Of a stretch of DNA of 35,657 nucleotides, positions 8,749 through 18,088 are shown piece after piece. The notes beneath the pieces are model-generated. The model did no database searches. It worked only from the letters and a program-made list of their open reading frames with translations, and had not been told where the DNA came from. Origin of the DNA: a virus. The stretch lies in the IMG/VR virus record IMGVR_UViG_3300020169_000003, one strand, 5' to 3'. The position numbers and the translations under genes were made by a program. The stretch's first letter is position 1. Every line of letters begins with the position of its first letter.

Positions 8749-11700
8749 TGGAGTTTACCGATGAACAGCTCGAAACCGCTATTCGTAATGCTGATTCTGC
8801 TGGTAACGTACAGGACGTACAGGCATTAGCAGTTGAATACAATCGTCGCAAGCAGGCATCTCAACAGGACAGGGGTCTAGTTGAAGAGGTAGCCTACCTT
8901 GCGGATGACTTTGCGAATCAATTCACTCTATCAATAGCTAATATAGCTGGTTCTCCAGTTGATCTTATTAGCTTCGGGTTGAACAAGATATCCAATGCTA
9001 TCATTGACGAGGATATAGTATACCCTGATTCCTTTGGCGGTTCATCGAGTATCAAGAGGGCCTTGGCGTATATAGGGACTCGTGAAGAGGCTCCTAGGAC
9101 TAAAGCTGGTTATGTGGGTCAAGTAGGAGGTGAAGCTGCTGCTTTTACTATGCCCCTGCTTAAGCTGGCGCAGGTAACAAGTAAGACAAAGGCAGTCACG
9201 GGAGCTGGTAAGGTTGCTCAAGCTATTGCAAAGGACTTCACAGATGAAGCGGTTACTAAAACTGGGAGGCTCCTTGCCATTGAATCCGGGGCCGCAACAA
9301 CCGGTGGACTTGCAGGAGAGTACGCTGAGAATGAGAATCTAAGCCCAGGTGCTGCATTGGCCGTAGAGGTCCTTGCTGGCGTAGCTGGTGGCTTTGCTGG
9401 TGCTGGTGCGTATAATATTCCCAAGTCCCTCCTCAAGAAGGTACAGGGCAAGAATGCTACAGAGATAATGGAAATGGTATCCAATGGTTCTATTGAGTAC
9501 AAGGATCTGGACTGGGCGTTGGAAAGTAAACCGTTGTTTAAGGACGATGGTAGATTCACATTTGATGAATCATTACAGCCCGGTGACATTGAAACAAGGG
9601 GCAAGGGCATTCAGTTTCACGGAACATCCGAGCCAGTTTCAGTTTTACGTTCTGCTGATGATGCTGCGTCAGAAATGAATATATATGGACAGGGTTTTTA
9701 TACAACGGAGGCTCTGGATGTAGCGGAAGGATATACGAAAAAAGGAAAGGGTTCAAAGCCAAGCATTTATAAAGTACAGGAGGTCGCTCCAGTTAATATA
9801 TTAAATATTGATGAATTTCAATTTAAAGATTTAGGTGAACTTGGACTAGGTTATGAGTTCAAGGAAGTAATAGATGAACTTCCCAATAATGCTACTGTAC
9901 GTCAAGTCTTTGACGCTATTAGAGATGAAGTTGATTTGCCAACATACGAAATACAAGAGATGGCATTTTATCCTATAAATGACAGAATACAGGAACTAGG
10001 ATACGGTGGTATTGAGCACATCGGAGGAAAGATATTTAAGAAAAAACCTCACAAGGTTAAGATTTATTTTGATGCTGAAAATCAAATTAATTTATCTGAA
10101 ATAAAACCAGAGGGATCACTTCCTGGTGTAGTCAAGAAACCCTTGGATGCACCAAAGCCAACAATGCCGGGTGTTGTCCGTGAATCATTTGAGTTCCAAG
10201 CTGCACGTCAAGAGATAGCCAATAACGTTTCCAACAAACAAAAGGTTGAGGCTGCTGTTGCATTGAACAACTTGGACAACTATAGACCCGATTCTCCATT
10301 AAATCCAAAGAGGATGATCAACAAGATCCTGTCGGTATTTGCTCCGTCAAAGGTTCTTGGTAACGATATTGTAAATGAAATTGAAATGGCCAAGGGTACT
10401 ATTAACCGAGCACAGGAGTTAGGTGCTAGAGTTAAACGTGTAGTAGGTCGTCTGGAAAAGAAGGACCCGACTGTACGAGAAAGTGTTGACGTTTTCCTAA
10501 AGGGCGGAGAGATGGCCCCATCACTTGACCCAGTTAAGGTTGAGTTAATTAAGTGGAGAGAAACAATTCAGGAGTTACAAGGTACATTACTTCAAGGTAT
10601 GGATGATGAAGTCTTTGAGGGACTATCAAAGGCAGGCCAGAAGGAAGTACGTGAAACTATCGAGGCTTCTATCGAACAGGGTTACTTGACTCAGACATAT
10701 AAGATCTTCCAGGATCCTGACTATCGACCTACCAAGGCTCAAGAAGATGCCGCACTAAAGGAGATACAGCTGAAGATTATGATGGGTGCTGATGCTGGGA
10801 CTATGACAATGCCACAAGCTGAGGACTTAGCCCGCAAGCAAATGGACCACCTAAGGAAAAGTTCAGCGCGGCAGAGAAAGGCGGAAGGAAGGCAACAGGG
10901 AGCCGTGAAGGAATCCAAGGGTATACTACGTGAGCGCAGTAATCCAGGACCAGCGGAACGCGCTTGGCTTGGTGAGGTCACTGATCCCAAGGAGCGAGCA
11001 TTTAGTACAGCTAATAGATTAGCTAGACTAGCATCATCAAAAGCTGAGGATGTTGCGATAGCTAAATTCCTTTTGGATTCTGGAGTTGCTACACGCAGGC
11101 CAGCTAACCCCGATCAAGTTCAGATGAAGTTCCGAACCATTGAGGGGGACTCATCAGTGTTCATTGATCCAGAGGTAGCGCACTCATTAGATATGATGCG
11201 CTTTGGAGAAGCCAATACTGTTAAATCCGGGATAGCTGGGTATCTGGATAGAATCTGGAATGCTTGGGTTGGTACTTCAAAGTCAACTAAGGTTTTACTA
11301 AATCCTGAGTCCTATATGGTTAATTTATTTGGAGCCGTGGCTAGTACTATTTCCTCTGGGATTATACCAACCCCTAAGGGGTTTCGTTCGGCTCTGTCTG
11401 ACTTCGGATCCTGGGATGATTTACTTTCCGGTAAAAACACTGTAGGCCGACGCGCACTACTGGATGACATCGATAAGATGAACCAGTACGGATTGAAGCC
11501 CAAGAGCGTTAATGCTGCTGACATCGAGCAAAATGTTATCAAGGGACTGGAGGGATTAAATAAATCCTTGAAGGGAGGCATAAGGGCAACAATGGATGGG
11601 TTCGGCAAGGCTTACTCCGTTGGTGATACATCAATGCGATATGTAGTATGGAAAGGTAACCAGAAGCAATTAAAGAAAATGTTCCCGGACTATAGCGTTT

Positions 11701-13121
11701 CTGAAATCGAAGCTGCTGCTGCTCGACTGACAAATAATACATTCCAAAATTACGACAAGCTGAGTAATATAATTCGCCGATTATCAAGGGCGGGATTGGC
11801 TGACCAGTTCGTGCCATTCACGGCTGAACTTACTCGCAATATGTACAACCAGGGTAAGTACGTTGCTCAGATGACTGCTGGTACGTTCGGCAAGGAGATC
11901 GGTCTTGACCCAGCTAGGGCAAATAAAACTCAAATGCGCTTACAAGGCGTAAAGCGTGGGGCAGCATTAGCGGCGGTAACAGCCGGAACAGATGCCGCTA
12001 TTACACAGTATAACGAATTAAAGGGAGTAACGGAGAAGGACGAGGAACAGTTCGGGTTTTCAATTGCCCCAGAATGGGACAGCAGTAAGAGGTTGATAAT
12101 CATCCCGGATAAAACTGGACGGAAGGGCCGATATGTCAACCCAAGCTATTTGGTTCCGCAGGGTATGGCCGCACAAGCGTTTGAGGCTGGGTTCAGTGGG
12201 TCTCCATTAGCTAATCTTATAGAATTTTCCAAGGATCAGTATATCGGAGCACCTGGTACATTCCCTGTACGAGCAATAGGCCAGATAATATCTGGACGTG
12301 ACCTAAATGGAAAGCTGATTAGTGTAGATCCCCGCACACAAGAGGTAGCTAAGGATGTTATGGGTGTCATCTACGATGAAACATTGAAACCAGGTGCGCA
12401 GAGAACTATCGAAAGATGGAGTGATTCACTCTCAGGTATAGGTGATCGCACTACAAAGGATAACGCACTACGTATGCTGGGTATCCGTGACTACCAGTGG
12501 GATGCCGAGAAATCATTTACCAATAAACTTCGTGAAATATCTGAACCAATGCGTCAAGCAAAGGGTACGTACTCATCGGCACTTCGTAAGTTCACAGATA
12601 ACAACATACCAAGAGAAGAACTGGATGCTACCTATGAGGAGATGAATACGGCTCGACGCTTGAATATGGATATTATGCGCCAGCACTACCTAAACCTAGG
12701 TGGTGGGACGTGGAAGTACTCACAGGATGAACGAATTGTTATGATGAAGGAAGCGGGGGTATCATCCGCAGACATCTTAGACGTAATAGAAAACACTTAT
12801 ACTGACATACCTCTGGTAAAGGAGGAATCAACATCTCAAATATACGATGACATCCCCGGTGGCACTAAGGAGAAAGCGGCCTACTTGAGAAAATTATCAA
12901 AGACTGAGCCGTTCTTGGCCAGAAAACTAAGAGCTATTCATACGAAGTCCGACAACCTTACTGAGAAAGAACACTTGATACGTACATTAAGCCCACAGCG
13001 CAGAGCTGATCGTCTCATTGAAATGGGTGCTCACGAGAATCGAGCACTGATGAGGGAGATGATGTTAAAGAATATCGCAAACCCAGAGATTTTGCACATC
13101 ATCAAACTACGGACCAAGTAA
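8748..13121 (+). CDS. Giant virion-associated polyvalent-type protein (1457 aa) with an embedded ADP-ribosyltransferase-like segment
   Basis: It is the largest ORF and the last gene of the structural arm. The N-terminal motif is EQLETAIRNADSAGNVQDVQALAVEY. Residues ~285-430 read GKGIQFHGTS...NIYGQGFYTTE...LGYGGIEHIGG, an H-Y-E-like arrangement. Confidence 0.55.
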   Translation: MEFTDEQLETAIRNADSAGNVQDVQALAVEYNRRKQASQQDRGLVEEVAYLADDFANQFTLSIANIAGSPVDLISFGLNKISNAIIDEDIVYPDSFGGSSSIKRALAYIGTREEAPRTKAGYVGQVGGEAAAFTMPLLKLAQVTSKTKAVTGAGKVAQAIAKDFTDEAVTKTGRLLAIESGAATTGGLAGEYAENENLSPGAALAVEVLAGVAGGFAGAGAYNIPKSLLKKVQGKNATEIMEMVSNGSIEYKDLDWALESKPLFKDDGRFTFDESLQPGDIETRGKGIQFHGTSEPVSVLRSADDAASEMNIYGQGFYTTEALDVAEGYTKKGKGSKPSIYKVQEVAPVNILNIDEFQFKDLGELGLGYEFKEVIDELPNNATVRQVFDAIRDEVDLPTYEIQEMAFYPINDRIQELGYGGIEHIGGKIFKKKPHKVKIYFDAENQINLSEIKPEGSLPGVVKKPLDAPKPTMPGVVRESFEFQAARQEIANNVSNKQKVEAAVALNNLDNYRPDSPLNPKRMINKILSVFAPSKVLGNDIVNEIEMAKGTINRAQELGARVKRVVGRLEKKDPTVRESVDVFLKGGEMAPSLDPVKVELIKWRETIQELQGTLLQGMDDEVFEGLSKAGQKEVRETIEASIEQGYLTQTYKIFQDPDYRPTKAQEDAALKEIQLKIMMGADAGTMTMPQAEDLARKQMDHLRKSSARQRKAEGRQQGAVKESKGILRERSNPGPAERAWLGEVTDPKERAFSTANRLARLASSKAEDVAIAKFLLDSGVATRRPANPDQVQMKFRTIEGDSSVFIDPEVAHSLDMMRFGEANTVKSGIAGYLDRIWNAWVGTSKSTKVLLNPESYMVNLFGAVASTISSGIIPTPKGFRSALSDFGSWDDLLSGKNTVGRRALLDDIDKMNQYGLKPKSVNAADIEQNVIKGLEGLNKSLKGGIRATMDGFGKAYSVGDTSMRYVVWKGNQKQLKKMFPDYSVSEIEAAAARLTNNTFQNYDKLSNIIRRLSRAGLADQFVPFTAELTRNMYNQGKYVAQMTAGTFGKEIGLDPARANKTQMRLQGVKRGAALAAVTAGTDAAITQYNELKGVTEKDEEQFGFSIAPEWDSSKRLIIIPDKTGRKGRYVNPSYLVPQGMAAQAFEAGFSGSPLANLIEFSKDQYIGAPGTFPVRAIGQIISGRDLNGKLISVDPRTQEVAKDVMGVIYDETLKPGAQRTIERWSDSLSGIGDRTTKDNALRMLGIRDYQWDAEKSFTNKLREISEPMRQAKGTYSSALRKFTDNNIPREELDATYEEMNTARRLNMDIMRQHYLNLGGGTWKYSQDERIVMMKEAGVSSADILDVIENTYTDIPLVKEESTSQIYDDIPGGTKEKAAYLRKLSKTEPFLARKLRAIHTKSDNLTEKEHLIRTLSPQRRADRLIEMGAHENRALMREMMLKNIANPEILHIIKLRTK

Positions 13122-13126
13122 CGAAA

Positions 13127-13158
13127 AGCCCCGTCCTCCACACATAAAGGACGGGGCT
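13127..13158. terminator. Hairpin terminator at the convergence of the two arms
   Basis: AGCCCCGTCCT (13127..13137) pairs perfectly with AGGACGGGGCT (13148..13158) around a 10-nt loop. On the minus strand the hairpin is followed by TTTTCGT. It starts 6 nt after the 1457-aa ORF stop. Confidence 0.6.
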
Positions 13159-13277
13159 ACCGTAACGAAACAAGGAGTCAAATAGGACATAAACCGATCC
13201 CGCTGCGGATTACTCCAACAGCTTACCTTGTTATTTCAGTGAGAAAAGGACGCAAACTCACTGATAAGTATTATACA

Positions 13278-14006
13278 CTATGGTTTCTTATATTTGATAA
13301 GTAAATCTTTTAGGTTACGCTTCTCATCCTGTAACTCCTTTCGCTGCTCGGTCATACGATCAATGCGGTAGGATAGAAGCCTGGATTCCTGCCGAATCAT
13401 ATCGATCTGGGTCTGGATTCTTTCAATGTTTTCTTCATTGTCTTGCATCCTCTGAACTTGTATGGAAGCCTTCTCTTTGTCAACAAATAACTCAGGAAAA
13501 TTTAACCCTTCTAGGGGATAATTTAACTCCTCGTAGCAGAAGGTATCACGGGCAATAGCGGCCTCCTTCTCGTCATCAAAGTAGCCCAGTTCATACAGCT
13601 TCCTGCTCTTGCCTCTACCTACATCAATTGTAACTCGGCATCTTTTCTTTCCAGATGGCCAGTATACTCCGCGGTACTTGGAATTGCCCTTTATCTTTTG
13701 TGACCCCCTTAGATTCTGAGATCGTGTGACGTACCGAAGGTTGTACGGAGCATTGTTTAATTTATCCCCATTGATATGATCAACGTCATAGTTGTTGGGT
13801 CTCGATCCAAGGAAGGCTCTTGCGATTAAATCGTGAATCTTTAATGAATGTGAGTTAATGGTATGCTGCACGTAACCTCTACCGTCCGTGCATCCAAAAG
13901 TACGACCTCTACTGCGCGGAACGTGAACCTCTATACTGCCATCCGAGTAACAGGTTACTCTTATTCCATTTACGCTTATATCCCTTGATGTTTCTGTAGC
14001 TATCAT
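13278..14006 (-). CDS. HNH-AP2 homing endonuclease (242 aa)
   Basis: The HNH_3-type motif is DHINGDKLNNAPYNLRYVTRSQN. It is followed by an AP2-like motif, SKYRGVYW...RVTIDVGRGKSRKLYELGYFDDEKEAAIARD. Confidence 0.8.
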   Translation of the reverse strand: MIATETSRDISVNGIRVTCYSDGSIEVHVPRSRGRTFGCTDGRGYVQHTINSHSLKIHDLIARAFLGSRPNNYDVDHINGDKLNNAPYNLRYVTRSQNLRGSQKIKGNSKYRGVYWPSGKKRCRVTIDVGRGKSRKLYELGYFDDEKEAAIARDTFCYEELNYPLEGLNFPELFVDKEKASIQVQRMQDNEENIERIQTQIDMIRQESRLLSYRIDRMTEQRKELQDEKRNLKDLLIKYKKP

Positions 14007-14413
14007 AGTTCTTGTGTATTGATGGTTTGTGCGCTGCGATTGTATAGGTAACCGGTACGCTTGGTTATTATTTGTACTGCTTCAAAGTCCGTAGTCCAAG
14101 GCATCTCACGATCCTCGAACCCGAAGTCATAGTCATCCCGAATTAGCTTAGAGATATTCCAGACATACAGAAGGTGTTGGTATCCATTAACATAGATGAA
14201 ATCCTTCTTTACTGATTCAGCGATACCGATATTAGTATCAAGCTTTAGCTGCTCAATAATCCAGGGATCGTATGCCTTTCGGCGTACCTTGATCTCCACT
14301 AAGTAGTCAATGCTCTCGTAATCAAAAGGACTGAACTCGTCCTCGGCCTTGATCAGCTTATTCATTTTAGGAAAAGCCAACATTATATTTTGTGCTACTT
14401 GTTCTTCTGTCAT
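14003..14413 (-). CDS. Hypothetical protein (136 aa), possible PD-(D/E)XK nuclease fold
   Basis: SPFDYESIDYLVEIKVRR gives a D-x9-E-x-K arrangement. It overlaps DnaB by 1 nt and the HNH-AP2 gene by 4 nt. The fold assignment is tentative. Confidence 0.4.
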   Translation of the reverse strand: MTEEQVAQNIMLAFPKMNKLIKAEDEFSPFDYESIDYLVEIKVRRKAYDPWIIEQLKLDTNIGIAESVKKDFIYVNGYQHLLYVWNISKLIRDDYDFGFEDREMPWTTDFEAVQIITKRTGYLYNRSAQTINTQEL

Positions 14414-15753
14414 TATCCGAACCTCCCTGTGCAGTGATAGAATTTAAACGTACCTCCGATGTCGCGCTCACCTTCACGGTTCTTAGCTATCTCGTAGGTT
14501 AGACGGGTGAAACCTCCACGGGCATCTTTATCCTTAGAGGATTCAACATCTCCGTTCGAGGGATACATAAGCAGAACAACGTCGGCATCATTCTCGATGT
14601 CCCCGGAATCCTTTAGGTCATACAGTTTGAGTCGGCCATTCTTGGCTCCCTCTCGGTTGACCTGTGCTAGTAGGATAATGGCTATATTGAGATCAATAGC
14701 CATCTGCTTAATTTTGTGAGAGATACTGGCGATGCCCTCTGCCTTACCCATCTTGGAAGAGAAAGGTATAAGCTGCAAGTAATCAATGACCAGTAGCTTT
14801 ACTCCGTGCTTGTTCACAAACTGACGGGTCTGACTGTATAGATCATCGGCACTCTTGACTGAGTGCGAGGTGTACACAGGCATTGTCTTGAGATTAGAGA
14901 TAGTCTCGTGAACTCGCTTGACCTGTTCCGGCTGGGCTACGTTGTCCTCCACGCTGCGAAGGTTGACACCTGAGATAACCTGCGTCAGTCGCTTAGTAAG
15001 CTGCTTCTGGGGCATCTCCAAGGAGAAGATTCCACAAGCGTGACCATCCTTTGCTACAGCCTGGGATACAATATACAGGGCCAGTGCGGACTTACCACAG
15101 GAGGTAGGCGCAGCTACAGTCATTACTTCACCAGCAGCTATGCCCCGATTGCCAAGCTCACTATCCAAGTGATTGGTATGAGTCTTAACAACGTCGGGTA
15201 CGTAGTCACCTGCCTGCATCCTAGCGATGTCCTCCAGTAGTTCGTCAGCAGACGAACCGATCCCGGATTTATCTTGGCTGAATAAGGGACGTGCAGTAAT
15301 CTCGGACTCAAGGGTGCTACGAATCTCGTCATAGCTAAGAGCCTCGGACTCCACATTCTCGACAGCAAGCCGGCAGGACCGCATAATCTCACGGAGCCTA
15401 GCTTTCTCTGCTACGATGTTAGCATAGAACTTAGCTGTAAGCTCGCTGTAAACGCCGTCAGCTACAGATAGGATACCTGCTATGCCACCGACCTCGTCAA
15501 GCCCTCTAAGGGACTTCAGATGCTCTGCAATGGATACCTCGTCAATGGGCTTACTCAGTTGAGCAAGGTCACCTATGGCTTGGAACAGTAATTGAAATCG
15601 TCGTACGTAAAAATCCTCGGCCTCCAGTAAAGGGCGCACCAGATCATATACGGATGCGTCACCTGGGAATAGGCAGGATGCTATTAATTTTCTTTCAGCC
15701 TCAACACTATGTGGCTGGTTCGTCGTCAGTAGGTCTATTTCGTTCATTATCAA
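14413..15753 (-). CDS. dnaB: Replicative DNA helicase, DnaB family (446 aa)
   Basis: The N-terminal motif is PHSVEAERKLIASCLF. The Walker A motif is AAPTSCGKSALAL. Other motifs are LLVIDYLQLI, SRGL-like 'LNIAIILLAQVNRE' and DIENDADVVLLMY. An alternative start exists at 15747. Confidence 0.9.
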   Translation of the reverse strand: MIMNEIDLLTTNQPHSVEAERKLIASCLFPGDASVYDLVRPLLEAEDFYVRRFQLLFQAIGDLAQLSKPIDEVSIAEHLKSLRGLDEVGGIAGILSVADGVYSELTAKFYANIVAEKARLREIMRSCRLAVENVESEALSYDEIRSTLESEITARPLFSQDKSGIGSSADELLEDIARMQAGDYVPDVVKTHTNHLDSELGNRGIAAGEVMTVAAPTSCGKSALALYIVSQAVAKDGHACGIFSLEMPQKQLTKRLTQVISGVNLRSVEDNVAQPEQVKRVHETISNLKTMPVYTSHSVKSADDLYSQTRQFVNKHGVKLLVIDYLQLIPFSSKMGKAEGIASISHKIKQMAIDLNIAIILLAQVNREGAKNGRLKLYDLKDSGDIENDADVVLLMYPSNGDVESSKDKDARGGFTRLTYEIAKNREGERDIGGTFKFYHCTGRFG

Positions 15754-15919
15754 GTAATTCTACCAGAGAACGAAGGACTTGTCCAAGGGACTTATGGGCT
15801 ACACGATTTAACTCTGGCATATGATAACAATCAATTGTGTTATAGATGGAGAGTGATACTTCGGCGGCTTCTTTTATTTTAGTCATTTCGTTGCGGTCTA
15901 TTTTATTATATTGGGTCAT
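15707..15919 (-). CDS. Hypothetical protein (70 aa)
   Basis: Track ORF. It overlaps the dnaB start by 47 nt in another frame, so coding status is uncertain. Confidence 0.4.
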   Translation of the reverse strand: MTQYNKIDRNEMTKIKEAAEVSLSIYNTIDCYHMPELNRVAHKSLGQVLRSLVELLDNERNRPTDDEPAT

Positions 15920-15927
15920 AAGAATTA

Positions 15928-15957
15928 CTTGCCCCCTACCGAATTGTAAGGGGCAAG
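15928..15957 (-). other. Intercistronic hairpin (8-bp GC-rich stem)
   Basis: CTTGCCCC (15928..15935) pairs with GGGGCAAG (15950..15957) around a 14-nt loop. It lies between two minus-strand genes and has no clear U-run. Confidence 0.3.
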
Positions 15958-15974
15958 CATCTTAGCACAGGGAC

Positions 15975-16310
15975 TTACTCCGACTCTGCTCTTTCGAGCA
16001 TCCCTATGGCTATCAACGAGTAGCCAATTAGGTCGCGGAAGATGTCCTTGGATTGGTCGCCATTAGTAACTACTTTTAGCTGACCATCGTTGCAGAAAGC
16101 CTTCGCTCTCTGGAATTTGTCCTGCATCCGAATGCATACACCTGTTAAGGGATGAACACCGAACTCGGAGGAGCCGTCAAAGTTTGCGAAGGGGTTATCG
16201 CAGCTTTCGCCTCCTGTGTAATCCGAGCATTTGTGAGCGGTTAGTTCCAAAATGGAACTGACCTCGTCACGCCGGAATGTTTCCCACCAGATCTTATCGA
16301 ATGAGGACAT
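15975..16310 (-). CDS. All-alpha NTP-pyrophosphohydrolase-like protein (MazG/DUF1599-like), tentative (111 aa)
   Basis: The pattern K-x-x-DY...NPFANF...G...IRMQDKFQRA...D...RDLIGYSLIAIGML resembles MazG/DUF1599-type proteins. This is from memory only. Confidence 0.35.
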   Translation of the reverse strand: MSSFDKIWWETFRRDEVSSILELTAHKCSDYTGGESCDNPFANFDGSSEFGVHPLTGVCIRMQDKFQRAKAFCNDGQLKVVTNGDQSKDIFRDLIGYSLIAIGMLERAESE

Positions 16311-16312
16311 TC

Positions 16313-16570
16313 TTAGAATGGGGTGTTGTCATTGGTTGGCGCACTTGCAGCTTTTGGCTCAGATGAACCACCGGCTGCTGCTCCGCCCTCTACTGGGTTC
16401 AGTGCCAAGGAGAGGAAGTTAGTACCGCTCTTGGCCGTCTTCTTCCAGCCCTTGAGGTAGTAGTCCTTACCCTCGACATTAATCTTCCCGCTGTAGTCAG
16501 GATGATTTGGTTTTTCTTTGCGGTCATTGACGAAGAATGTACCGGAGTTTGTGTTATCGTATTGTGACAT
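16313..16570 (-). CDS. Mini SSB-like protein (85 aa) with a Gly/Ala/Pro linker and SSB-type C-terminal tip
   Basis: The N-terminal ~60 aa (NSGTFFVNDRKEKPNHPDYSGKINVEGKDYYLKGWKK...FLSLAL) resembles DUF736-type small OB-like proteins. The linker is GGAAAGGSSEPKAASAP. The protein ends in ...NDNTPF (compare the bacterial SSB tip DDDIPF). It sits beside the ERF gene. Confidence 0.5.
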   Translation of the reverse strand: MSQYDNTNSGTFFVNDRKEKPNHPDYSGKINVEGKDYYLKGWKKTAKSGTNFLSLALNPVEGGAAAGGSSEPKAASAPTNDNTPF

Positions 16571-16593
16571 AATATTACTTTCGTTATTGGTTA

Positions 16594-16845
16594 TTAGTTG
16601 TGAGCGACATCTTCATCCAGCTTTACGGCACGGATGGTTGTGTCAGGTTGTTCTAGCTTGACGCTCAAGTGTTTAGCAAGTGCGTCGACCTTCTGATTAA
16701 GCAATTGATTCTGCTTATCCAAGAGTTTATTGTGCAGGTGTACTGCTTCAAGATTTTCTTTCATCTCTCCGATGATAGTTTCGTAATGGTTGTCCAGCAT
16801 TTGAATGCTTGAGATGACATCTATGATTTCGTTTCGTAAGTCCAT
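16594..16845 (-). CDS. Coiled-coil small protein (83 aa)
   Basis: Trimmed from track ORF 16594..17109 to ATG 16845, 2 nt after the ERF stop. Translation begins MDLRNEIIDVISSIQMLDNHYETIIGEMKENLEAVHLHNKLLDKQNQLLNQKVDALAKHL, which is heptad-like. Confidence 0.55.
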   Translation of the reverse strand: MDLRNEIIDVISSIQMLDNHYETIIGEMKENLEAVHLHNKLLDKQNQLLNQKVDALAKHLSVKLEQPDTTIRAVKLDEDVAHN

Positions 16846-16846
16846 A

Positions 16847-17305
16847 TTAGAATCCTTGTGTTTGTTTGGTTGTAGGTTTAGGCAATTTGCTGCCGTGGTC
16901 ATTAGTAGCGTCCGGATCTTTGGTATCGTCAATAGCAAAGAGTCCATTAAGTGCATATTTTCTGGCGTAGGATGAAGCACTGCCAGTAATCTGGGCTTGA
17001 TCCATTCCCTTCTTTGTTTCGGCGTGTTCTGCAAATCCATCTGCGGCGTGTAACAAGCCGCCAACGCAGTGTAGGCAGGCCGTAGACTTAACGAAGATGC
17101 GTCCTTCAAGTGCCATCAGTGCGTCAGTCAATATGAGTGCTGCCCCGTGCTTCTTGAGTAGTGGCTTGACCGCAGTAAGGATGTCCTCCGCTGATCGGTA
17201 TGCGTAGTTGCCGAAGTTATTCTTCTGGCCCTTGGGAGCCTTCAGCTCCGACTGTATTTCTTGTAGTATGTTCATTGTGCTTTCTTTGGTTTTGGTATTA
17301 CTCAT
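16847..17305 (-). CDS. erf: ERF-family single-strand annealing protein (152 aa)
   Basis: Motifs are NFGNYAYRSAEDILTAVKPLL and ITGSASSYARKYALNGLFAIDD, typical of ERF recombinases. Confidence 0.7.
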   Translation of the reverse strand: MSNTKTKESTMNILQEIQSELKAPKGQKNNFGNYAYRSAEDILTAVKPLLKKHGAALILTDALMALEGRIFVKSTACLHCVGGLLHAADGFAEHAETKKGMDQAQITGSASSYARKYALNGLFAIDDTKDPDATNDHGSKLPKPTTKQTQGF

Positions 17306-18017
17306 ATTTACTTTTGGTTAGTTTACGGAACAGCTCTTTACGCTGCTTTTGATTTTTACAGGAAGCAAGATCACCTTCACTTGCTCCTAGGTCTTTTAAC
17401 TCTGTGACTTGTTCAGATGCTGTCAAATCTATTTTTTCATATTTAATTCCTTTCTTATAATTATCAATAGCCCACAGTGGTTGCATATTGGTGTAGTGGA
17501 AGCATTCGAACTGATGACTGTCAATAGAAAAATCAAACATAGCGCAAGGCTTTATGTGATCCACGTGCCACTCACCGTAGTTATCCCACGTCATTCCAGC
17601 CGCGAATTGAGACTCAAGATGATCGCGAAGTTCATCCATCGAGCAACCCACCAGAGTTTCAGTTGAAGCTGACTTAGAGTTTCGACTTAATGCGTGGCTC
17701 ACTCTGGATCTTAGGTTTTTCTTGAACCGTTGGACATCTTTGGATGCTGGCACAAACGTTGATGGCGGTCTCCTGTCCCTTATGGTCTGCTGCATTGACT
17801 CAAACTTCTCAGAAGAAACCCACCGCTCGCCGGACTTGCACGATGCCATATACTGCCAGAACACCATACCATCTTTTCTTATATGTCCACGTGTGAGGTG
17901 ACGTTTATTTTTCGGTGGTCGATTGTCCGATCGGGGCTTGTCTAGTCCGCGCCTATTGATGTGCATTTTGGGTTTACGCCTGCGTCTTGTTATTTTATTA
18001 TCCTTCACGTGTTTCAT
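17298..18017 (-). CDS. HNH endonuclease (239 aa) with basic N-terminus and SAP/HeH-like C-terminal tail
   Basis: The HNH core is EWHVDHIKPCAMFDF...HYTNMQPLWAIDNYKKG. The N-terminus is Arg/Lys-rich. The last ~38 aa are shared with the neighbouring EndoVII-type gene. Confidence 0.8.
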   Translation of the reverse strand: MKHVKDNKITRRRRKPKMHINRRGLDKPRSDNRPPKNKRHLTRGHIRKDGMVFWQYMASCKSGERWVSSEKFESMQQTIRDRRPPSTFVPASKDVQRFKKNLRSRVSHALSRNSKSASTETLVGCSMDELRDHLESQFAAGMTWDNYGEWHVDHIKPCAMFDFSIDSHQFECFHYTNMQPLWAIDNYKKGIKYEKIDLTASEQVTELKDLGASEGDLASCKNQKQRKELFRKLTKSKYE

Positions 18018-18088
18018 AATTAATATAACCTAATTAAAATAAACTTAACCTAACTTAACCGTATGTAATAGCATTGCTTAAGCATAGC

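Noticed and set aside
16594-17109. The long track ORF overlaps the ERF gene by ~260 nt.
   Set aside because: The ERF frame carries the recognisable family motifs. The other frame only looks protein-like from Met at 16845, just after the ERF stop, so it was trimmed to 16594..16845.
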